Below, one piece after another: positions 58,201-64,000 of a stretch of 64,000 nt of DNA. Both the position numbers and the translations under genes were made by a program. Source of the DNA: Minisyncoccia bacterium (lineage in GTDB: Bacteria; Patescibacteriota; Minisyncoccia; Phycocordibacterales; UBA5272); NCBI GenBank assembly GCA_038326985.1, contig JBBQKQ010000002.1, forward strand, positions 2,978 to 66,977, given 5' to 3'. Under the pieces are notes generated by a model. The model was not told where the DNA came from and searched no databases. It worked only from the letters and a program-made list of their open reading frames with translations. Every line of letters starts with the position of its first letter. Within the stretch, counting starts at the first letter, position 1.

Positions 58201-58971
58201 TTCGAAAAAAGAATGCCCAAGACGCAAGTCGCTGCTACTCTTTCACCTTACGATGCTGAAGTTATGGAAATAACTACAAACGGAAATACAAAACTTATTA
58301 CTCTAATACTTGACGAAGGAGAATCTACTAAAAAATCTAAGGGTGTTAAAGAAGGACAAAAATCTGCACAATTTGAAATTTCTAACAAGCGTGTGGTTGT
58401 TGTGAAGGTTGGTGATCGTGTAAAACGTGGTGACATGTTGACTGATGGTTCAGCAGATATTGATGAACTATTCCACCATGCTGGAGCTGAAAAAGCGCAA
58501 GACTATATTGCAGAAGAAGTAACTAAAGTTTATGAGCTTCAAGGAGCAAGTATTTCACGAAAACACTTGGATATTATTATTAAACAAATGTTTTCTCGTA
58601 TGGAAGTTCTAGACGGCGGAGACTCAAAATATTCTCATGGTGATATTATTCCTGACTATACTTTCAAAAAAGAAAATAGAAAAGTTGAGTCCAAAGGTGG
58701 TCAAATTATGACTGCCGAGCCTATAATCCAAGGAATTACTCAAGCGTCTCTCTCTACAGAATCATGGTTGTCAGCTGCATCATTCCAAAATACTACAAAA
58801 ATTCTTATTAAAGCTGCAACTCGTGGACAACGTGATGAGCTTGTAGGTTTGAAGGAAAATGTTATTGCGGGACGTCTTGTTCCAGTAGGAACAGGTTACC
58901 GAACAAAAGCTGAAAAAGAAGTTGAAGAAATGGAAAAAGAAGCCCAGTTTAATGAGGGATCAGATGAATAA
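55285..58971 (+). CDS. rpoC: DNA-directed RNA polymerase beta' subunit. Start set at ATG 55285. An in-frame upstream ATG at 55216 would add 23 aa including the repeat.
   Basis: Canonical beta' N-terminus begins near ...IASPARIKEWSYGE. Zn-finger CYCGKYKR..C.KCGV and NADFDGD catalytic motif. 1228 aa from 55285. Confidence 0.9.
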   Translation: MQTFNKKIIRNNFKEIGLRIASPARIKEWSYGEILKPETINYRTGKSERGGLFDERVFGPTKSFECYCGKYKRIRYKDIICEKCGVQVTDSIVRRERMGHIELATPVSHIWYLKGTIPAPLPLFLGIQASQLEKVIYFAGYIIQNVNEVEKAKLLKDLDGEFKDKLGNAADEATKEKLRELMMTAKEEIKNLSSWQVLDEVTYNKYSARYGNVFEAGIGAEAVYNILKNLNLQEFIKTLEVALSNAGSVEREKLQKRLSLVRGMNEADIRPEWMFIKTMPVIPPGLRPMVALEGGRHATSDVNDLYRRVINRNNRLKKLMAIGAPEVILRNEKRILQEACDSLFDNTARGSKEMAMNATQRRQLKSLADNLQGKQGMLRQNLLGKRVDYSARSVIVVGPRLNLNQCGLPKHMALELFKPFIISKLLGRELAFNIKSANKLIEEGDPDVWSILEEVIEGKYVLLNRAPTLHRLGMQAFMVKLVEGNAIQLHPLVCPAFNADFDGDQMAVHLPLGEESQMEAREIMAAQKNILKPGDGVPSFFGKLLDLVLGVFWMTTILEEDNKTPQYFSSPNEAILAHENGVVSFRNKIIVLPTGSVRYTKFAGKTFETTVGRLLFNSVLPNDYEFINQTLEQKSLKKLFEDVIDRYGIENSWVIFDRVKNFAFEYATKSGVTFGLYDVETPVEKASLVAEANKLVKEVENNFNEGFLSDEERYKKIIEIWSSTKTRIEKSLRGAFKAGNPIKDMAESGARGNYGQLNQMAGMKGLIQNNTGRTLDFPIISSYKEGLSPIEYFVTSYGARKGGSDTALKTAQAGYFTRKLVDVAQDTIITEEDCGSENFKNVSTQNLGGIEIPLWKTIWGRILAADVVHEGKTLYKKGEMLKQFEAKEIDAAGVKTVSIRTPLTCIAERGLCQKCYGLDMGRGNLVRLGEAVGIVAAQAIGEPGTQLTMRTFHSGGVAGVDITQGLPRVTELFEKRMPKTQVAATLSPYDAEVMEITTNGNTKLITLILDEGESTKKSKGVKEGQKSAQFEISNKRVVVVKVGDRVKRGDMLTDGSADIDELFHHAGAEKAQDYIAEEVTKVYELQGASISRKHLDIIIKQMFSRMEVLDGGDSKYSHGDIIPDYTFKKENRKVESKGGQIMTAEPIIQGITQASLSTESWLSAASFQNTTKILIKAATRGQRDELVGLKENVIAGRLVPVGTGYRTKAEKEVEEMEKEAQFNEGSDE

Positions 58972-59000
58972 AAGTTTATAAAGTAAGGACAATTTAACGA

Positions 59001-59035
59001 AAAAACAGCTATTGAAAAAAATAGCTGTTTTTTTG
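59001..59035 (+). terminator. Rho-independent terminator after rpoC
   Basis: AAAAACAGCTATT-gaaaaaa-ATAGCTGTTTTT followed by T7. Confidence 0.6.
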
Positions 59036-59054
59036 TGGTAATATTAGAAATATA

Positions 59055-59099
59055 AATCCTCCCTAGCCCTCCTTGAGAAAGGAGGGCTAGGGAGGATTT
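59055..59099. repeat. Palindromic repeat family copy f: the longest and perfect copy, a 19 bp stem, intergenic between rpoC and dnaG
   Basis: AAATCCTCCCTAGCCCTCCTT-gagaa-AGGAGGGCTAGGGAGGATTT, a perfect inverted repeat. Confidence 0.8.
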
Positions 59100-59122
59100 T
59101 TGAACTCTGTTATAATGTCTTT

Positions 59123-60757
59123 GTGAAAGACAACCGTAATTTAGAACTGATTAAAGAAAGATTAAATATTTTAGACGTTGTTTCGACCTACATAAAGTTG
59201 GAAAAAGCAGGCTCTCAGTTCCGAGCCCGCTGTCCATTTCATAATGAAAAAAGCCCTAGTTTTTATATTTCTCCAGCTCGCGGAACTTACCATTGTTTTG
59301 GCTGTAGTGAGCATGGAGATATCTTTGGTTTTACAATGAAAATTGAAGGCTTACAGTTTAAAGATGCTCTTAAAATGTTGGCTGATAAAGCTGGAGTATC
59401 ACTTTCAAATTTTAGAAAAGAAGAAGTGGGAAATGTTTTGGATATTTTAGAAAATACAACAATATTTTTTGAAGAGAATTTAAAAAATAATATTGATGCG
59501 CAAAATTATTTAAAGAGTAGGGGATTAAGCACTGAAATAATAAAAAGGTTTAGAGTTGGATTTGCACAAAACGACTGGCGAACACTTTATACTTATCTGC
59601 AAAAATTAAACTATTCTGATGAAGAGATATTAAGTAGTGGTGTTTGCATACGTCATGAAAAAGACAATAAAGTTTCGTTATATGATAGATTTCGAAGTAG
59701 AGTAATGTTTCCAATCATGAATGCCTCGGGTAAAGTTGTGGCTTTTACAGGAAGAATTATTGGAATGGACGAAGGTAGGGACGAGGTTGCAAAATATGTT
59801 AATAGCCCTGAAACTGAAACTTATCACAAGTCTAGTATTTTATTTGGCTATGACAAAGCCAAAATGGAAATTGGGAAAACAAAAAAAGTAATTGTGGTAG
59901 AAGGGCAAATGGACGTTGTTATGACTCATATGGCTGGAACACAAAACGTTGTAGCCATTTCAGGTACCGCCTTTACACCCGAGCACATTTCTATTTTAAA
60001 AAGATTCGCAGAAGTTGTTGTCTTGGCACTTGACTCGGACAAAGCAGGGTACAATGCTATGTTAAAGTCTGCAAGTTTGGCATTACAAAGTGACCTAGAA
60101 GTTGAAGGTATAAAAATGACCAATAAAGACCCCGCAGATATGGTAAAAACAGATCCTAAAATGTGGGATGAGGCAGTAAAAAATAGTAAGCCAATTTTGA
60201 CTCTCATTGCAGAAATAATTAAAGAAAAAGAAAGTGTGAGACCAAAACAAATTCAACTCATGAGAAAAGATTTGTTTCCACTACTTCGAGTAGTAAAAAG
60301 CCCACTTTTAAAACAAGCATATTTACAAGAAATAGCAGAAATATTAAATGTTGCCCCCAACATTATTCAAGAAGAAGTAGACTTAATAAAAAGTGAGTTA
60401 GAAGGACAAATTAAAAAAGAAAAAAAAATAGTACCCAAAATAGATATTTTAACAATAGTTGCAAAGGGTAAAGCTGCAAGTGAAATACTAAAAATAAAGC
60501 TTGAGTTGGATATGGAAGAAATACCAGATGATATTTTAAACAAAGAACATATTTTGTTAGAAAAAAGTTTATCTGAAGTTAAAGCGGGAGATGAAAAAGA
60601 AAAAGAAAGAATTTTACGCGAGGCAATATATTTAGCTAAAAAAGTAATTTATGAAAATGCTATTATGATAGCTAAAAATAAAATTGGCGAAGGGGTAGAC
60701 ATGGAAGAAAATTTAAAAATCATACAAGAATTTTCTAAAAAACTAAAAAACATATGA
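59123..60757 (+). CDS. dnaG: DNA primase, GTG start
   Basis: Zn-ribbon CPFHNEKSPSFYIS...YHCFGCSEHGD, TOPRIM VEGQMDV...LDSD. TATAAT at 59111-16 lies only 6 nt upstream, so the mRNA is possibly leaderless. Confidence 0.85.
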   Translation: MKDNRNLELIKERLNILDVVSTYIKLEKAGSQFRARCPFHNEKSPSFYISPARGTYHCFGCSEHGDIFGFTMKIEGLQFKDALKMLADKAGVSLSNFRKEEVGNVLDILENTTIFFEENLKNNIDAQNYLKSRGLSTEIIKRFRVGFAQNDWRTLYTYLQKLNYSDEEILSSGVCIRHEKDNKVSLYDRFRSRVMFPIMNASGKVVAFTGRIIGMDEGRDEVAKYVNSPETETYHKSSILFGYDKAKMEIGKTKKVIVVEGQMDVVMTHMAGTQNVVAISGTAFTPEHISILKRFAEVVVLALDSDKAGYNAMLKSASLALQSDLEVEGIKMTNKDPADMVKTDPKMWDEAVKNSKPILTLIAEIIKEKESVRPKQIQLMRKDLFPLLRVVKSPLLKQAYLQEIAEILNVAPNIIQEEVDLIKSELEGQIKKEKKIVPKIDILTIVAKGKAASEILKIKLELDMEEIPDDILNKEHILLEKSLSEVKAGDEKEKERILREAIYLAKKVIYENAIMIAKNKIGEGVDMEENLKIIQEFSKKLKNI

Positions 60758-61521
60758 TTTACATTTTATATTTCTTAATATTTATTTCTGGGTCATGTAT
60801 TGCAAGCTATATTTGTGCTTATTTGTATAGAAATAAAAATAAGAAAAATTTGCCCAAGCGAAGTATATGCGAGAAATGCAAAAGGGAGCTTTGTTGGTAT
60901 GAAAACATTCCTGTTTTTTCTTATATTTTTTTATGGGGAAAGTGTAAAATGTGTAAAAACAAAATAGATTTGAAATATTTTATTTCTGAAATAGTTCTTG
61001 GATTATGGTTCATTTTTTCATTTATATATTATTTAGGGATTCAAGAAGGTAAAATATATTTTGTTCTAAGTTGTATATTGGGAAGTTTATTATTATATAT
61101 CTCGCTAGAAGATTATGAATCCCAAGAAATATCTTCATATATTTTATATACAATAATTTTTATTGCTCTTTTAAAAAATGTTTTATTTTTAGATGTAAAA
61201 AGTTTATTTTGGGCACTATTCATTTCTTTACCATACTGGTTAATATATTTTATAAGTCGAGGGAAGTGGATTGGTATTGCTGACCCATTTTTGTTTACGT
61301 CATTAAATATTTTCTTTGGTCCACAGTTTGCAATATCCCTGTTTCTATATTCTGCATGGTTCGGAGTAGTATTTGCGTATATCTATTTAAAAAATAATAA
61401 AAACAATTATATTCCCTATGTTCCAATTATTTTCTTTTCCACATTAGTAATTTTAATTTTTCAATATCATATTATAACAATACAGGATATACTAGTAATA
61501 AATGAAATTATTGGAAAATAA
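60754..61521 (+). CDS. pilD: Type IV prepilin peptidase (A24 family)
   Basis: N-terminal Zn-binding tetracysteine CEKCKREL...CKMCKNKI, polytopic, with catalytic Asp regions LEDYESQEI and GIADPFLF. Confidence 0.7.
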   Translation: MIYILYFLIFISGSCIASYICAYLYRNKNKKNLPKRSICEKCKRELCWYENIPVFSYIFLWGKCKMCKNKIDLKYFISEIVLGLWFIFSFIYYLGIQEGKIYFVLSCILGSLLLYISLEDYESQEISSYILYTIIFIALLKNVLFLDVKSLFWALFISLPYWLIYFISRGKWIGIADPFLFTSLNIFFGPQFAISLFLYSAWFGVVFAYIYLKNNKNNYIPYVPIIFFSTLVILIFQYHIITIQDILVINEIIGK

Positions 61522-62116
61522 ATTTAAAGGTTTTACACTCGTAGAACTGTTGGTTTCTATAACTATTATTGGAATTATTTCTGTAATGTCTATTTCCTCA
61601 TATCCAAAATTTTCCGAACAACTTTCTGTAACTTCAGAAACTTATAAAATATTATCTTTTGGTTTGGAAACCAAAAGTTATGGCTCAGGATCTATTACAG
61701 AGCCAGGTGTAAAAGTGGTTTATGCACTCATAATAGAAAAAAACAACAATACAATTAAAAGAGTGGTAATAAAAAATCCCACCCAAAATGATAACCAATA
61801 TTTCGTAAATACTTTTCCCGCCGCATCAACCGATCCTTTGGATAATTTGATAATTAAAGATAATTTCGAAATTTCAGATATTTGTTACTTTGGAATTGAT
61901 AAGACAAATTGCGATCAACACTTAAACAAAGTTTATGGAATATTTAAAAGGCCAAATCCAGATGCGAGACTTATTGGACTACAAGGAACTAATATTGGTC
62001 CAGACACTGACACGGGAAGCTATGATAGGTTGGAAGTGACTCTTAAAAGCAAAAATAATAGTAATTTGCAAAAAAAGCTTGTTATACTTTCTACAGGTCA
62101 AATTTATGTCAAATAA
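61502..62116 (+). CDS. Type IV pilin / pseudopilin-like protein
   Basis: Class III signal KGFTLVELLVSITIIGIISV (G|FTLVE). Confidence 0.6.
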   Translation: MKLLENKFKGFTLVELLVSITIIGIISVMSISSYPKFSEQLSVTSETYKILSFGLETKSYGSGSITEPGVKVVYALIIEKNNNTIKRVVIKNPTQNDNQYFVNTFPAASTDPLDNLIIKDNFEISDICYFGIDKTNCDQHLNKVYGIFKRPNPDARLIGLQGTNIGPDTDTGSYDRLEVTLKSKNNSNLQKKLVILSTGQIYVK

Positions 62117-62852
62117 AAAGTTTAAAGCGTTTTCCCTTATTGAAATAATAGTATCACTGGCGATATTTTCGGTTATCATTACTGTGGTAATTGGAATATC
62201 TGTAAAAATGATTGATGCTCAAAACAAACTTCAAGCAAAAGTTTTTCTAGTACAAACTGCACAAATTACTTTAGAGCTAATGAGTGGTCAAATGAGGTTT
62301 GGATATAACTATACAGGTACTGAGCCCACAAAAACAAATGCGAACGGAACTATATATTTGAGCTCAAATAAAATTGAAGGAAAAAATTGTTGGGATGACA
62401 AGGGAACTTCAGATCCTGTTGATGACACCTATCAGGACCCCAATGCAAGCGGTGTTTGTTCATTTGGAGTATTAATAACAAAAACTATTTACTCTCAAAA
62501 TTTAAGTGACATTGCAAACTCACCCATAATAGTATTTGAATCTCACGAGGGTAATCCAAATGATTTGTCAGATCAAAAAGTTTTTTGTGCCTACAATAAT
62601 AAATTATATTATTTGAAAAAATTTCTGCCCGACACCTCAACACCTGGTGCTTTTACATCAAGGTGTGATGAGGGACAAAGTATTTTACCTGATGAAGTGA
62701 AATTGGAATATATTTCATTTGACGTTTATGGTGATAGCTCAACAAATCCGAAGAATCCTATGGTAAGGATTAAATTTAAATTATCAAATGGAGATGGTGC
62801 CACCATGGAATTACAAACTACTATTACTCAAAGGCTCGTAAGCTATTTTTAA
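62106..62852 (+). CDS. Type IV pilin-like protein. Start moved to ATG 62106 from the ORF-track 62079.
   Basis: MSNKKFKAFSLIEIIVSLAIFSV prepilin leader with E at +5. Confidence 0.55.
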   Translation: MSNKKFKAFSLIEIIVSLAIFSVIITVVIGISVKMIDAQNKLQAKVFLVQTAQITLELMSGQMRFGYNYTGTEPTKTNANGTIYLSSNKIEGKNCWDDKGTSDPVDDTYQDPNASGVCSFGVLITKTIYSQNLSDIANSPIIVFESHEGNPNDLSDQKVFCAYNNKLYYLKKFLPDTSTPGAFTSRCDEGQSILPDEVKLEYISFDVYGDSSTNPKNPMVRIKFKLSNGDGATMELQTTITQRLVSYF

Positions 62853-62857
62853 AGAAT

Positions 62858-63391
62858 ATGAAAAAAATCACAAAAAAAATAATAAAAAATATAAAGGCAT
62901 TTACTATTTTAGAAACTCTGATAACTATTCTTGCAATTTCATTAATGATTGTAGGACCGGTTGCTTTTGTTGCTAAAAGTTTTCATTATTCAGATTTTAT
63001 AAATCATAAAATAATTGCTACTGGACTATCTCAGGAAGCTTTGGAACTGGCAACCAGTCTTCGAAATTTGGATTTAGATGAATTCCAAAAAATGGCTTCA
63101 AAATGTTCAAAATCATGTTTGATAGATTGGGGTGGCAATGGAAGTACTCCTACTTATTCAAAATGTGAATCAGATTCGGAGTGTCAGTTATTTTTACTTC
63201 CTAACTCTGACGGTAGTAGAAGTTATAGACATATATATTCAAGTGAAGCTAGTGATTTTTATAGATATATTGAAATTACTAAAAATGGTTCACAATCCTA
63301 TACAGTAGAAGCAAACACATACTCATATAACAATGGCATAAAATTAGAAGTAAAATTAAAAAAAATAATTTTTGCAATAGTAGTAAAATAA
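62858..63391 (+). CDS. Type IV pilin-like protein
   Basis: KAFTILETLITILAISLMIV prepilin-type N-terminus. Confidence 0.55.
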   Translation: MKKITKKIIKNIKAFTILETLITILAISLMIVGPVAFVAKSFHYSDFINHKIIATGLSQEALELATSLRNLDLDEFQKMASKCSKSCLIDWGGNGSTPTYSKCESDSECQLFLLPNSDGSRSYRHIYSSEASDFYRYIEITKNGSQSYTVEANTYSYNNGIKLEVKLKKIIFAIVVK

Positions 63392-63395
63392 ATTT

Positions 63396-63896
63396 ATGTT
63401 AAAAAAACAAAACAAAAACAAAAAAGCTTTCATATCAATATTTGCTATTTTCTTTTCAGCTATTGTGGTTTCGGTTTTAACTGCCTTATTTGTTTTATTT
63501 ATTAAACAAATACAAATTTTAAATACAGACTATGCGTCTTTCCAAGCTTTTTATACTTCCGACTCTGCATTTGAGTGTGGATTGTATAAAGAATCACAAA
63601 TATCTGCACCTGAAGACTCCGTTTTTTTACCAGCTAATAAAGACAATTTGGGATATTGTGCAGATGCTGGCGACTTAGTTTGGCAAACTGCACCTTCTTC
63701 ATCAGGGGGACCTACAAACTCTACTGCTAATTTTTCCCTTACTACTGACCAAGGAAATTTTTGCGGACAAATGTTCGTGACTAAACAACAGCCTAATACC
63801 GAAGTAAATCATACAATGAAACTTTACGGTCAAAGTAGAAACTGTTCCGATACTGGTTCAAAAGTTATCGAAAGAGAGATAGATTTTATTTATTAA
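63396..63896 (+). CDS. Possible minor pilin-like protein, atypical with no Glu at +5
   Basis: KKAFISIFAIFFSAIVVSVL hydrophobic N-terminus following basic residues. Last gene of the pilin cluster. Confidence 0.3.
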   Translation: MLKKQNKNKKAFISIFAIFFSAIVVSVLTALFVLFIKQIQILNTDYASFQAFYTSDSAFECGLYKESQISAPEDSVFLPANKDNLGYCADAGDLVWQTAPSSSGGPTNSTANFSLTTDQGNFCGQMFVTKQQPNTEVNHTMKLYGQSRNCSDTGSKVIEREIDFIY

Positions 63897-63927
63897 AAGA
63901 AGTATTTTTTTGTAGTATAATAGGAGA

Positions 63928-64000
63928 ATGAAGGATGTTAAAAGTAAAATTATAAAGCTTAGAGAAGAAATAGAATCCCACCGATATGCATATTATGTTA
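63928..64000 (+). CDS. ligA: NAD-dependent DNA ligase, N-terminal fragment; the gene continues beyond the window
   Basis: MKDVKSKIIKLREEIESHRYAYYV matches the LigA N-terminal consensus ...L...I..H...YYV. SD GGAGAA upstream. Confidence 0.5.
   Translation, partial: MKDVKSKIIKLREEIESHRYAYYV

Noticed and set aside
52536-58436. Antisense ORFs inside rpoB and rpoC (e.g. 52536-52904, 53934-54263, 54466-54834, 57153-57518 on the minus strand), and similar ones in clpB, nrdA and leuS
   Set aside because: They are embedded in strongly conserved sense genes, are Ser/Phe/Leu-rich as expected from antisense of AT-rich coding DNA, and have no RBS or conservation signal.
1-64000. CRISPR arrays, rRNA genes, restriction-modification or other recognisable defence islands
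   Set aside because: No regularly spaced direct repeats, no rRNA-like conserved blocks, and no methyltransferase or nuclease pairs were found on either strand.

Overview
This 64 kb window is an AT-rich (roughly 30% GC by eye), gene-dense bacterial chromosome segment. Almost all genes are on the + strand, and many overlap by the ATGA start/stop pattern typical of operons. The content is core housekeeping. Translation and transcription genes are rplI, pheS/pheT, leuS, ychF, mnmA, rpoB/rpoC, rsmH, def and three tRNAs. DNA replication and repair genes are dnaG, a DnaQ-like exonuclease, a short UvrC, an HhH-GPD glycosylase, nrdA/nrdB and the start of ligA. There is a rearranged partial dcw (division and cell wall) cluster: yfiH-murF-ddl-murC-murD, then an operator-like GTGGG array, then mraZ-rsmH-ftsL-ftsI. 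Other genes include clpB, a MacB-type ABC exporter, an S41 protease, a processive GT2 glycosyltransferase, two YceG/MltG paralogs, a PAS histidine kinase with a CheY-like receiver, and a pilD plus four pilin-like genes at the 3' end. The gene content suggests a genome-reduced, CPR/Patescibacteria-like organism: peptidoglycan synthesis is present, several proteins are short forms (Ddl, PheT, UvrC), and there are many pilin-like genes. This is inference only. The standard genetic code applies. The most unusual signal is a family of about 35-45 bp GC-rich palindromic repeats (at least 9 copies), most of them inserted in-frame inside conserved genes (uvrC-like, leuS twice, mnmA, a nuclease, a DNA glycosylase, and possibly the rpoC start). 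They are always translated in the same Pro-rich frame, analogous to Rickettsia palindromic elements. Other items worth attention are a tRNA-Leu-linked island with a GC-rich segment and a decayed IS1595-family transposase, two tandem paralogous GC-rich mini transcription units downstream of clpB, an inverted-repeat-bounded ~157 bp element, a highly structured GC-rich ~125 nt element with its own terminator just upstream of the rpoB promoter, and a recurring TTGCTT-N17-TAGAAT promoter architecture. No CRISPR array, rRNA or obvious defence system was seen.
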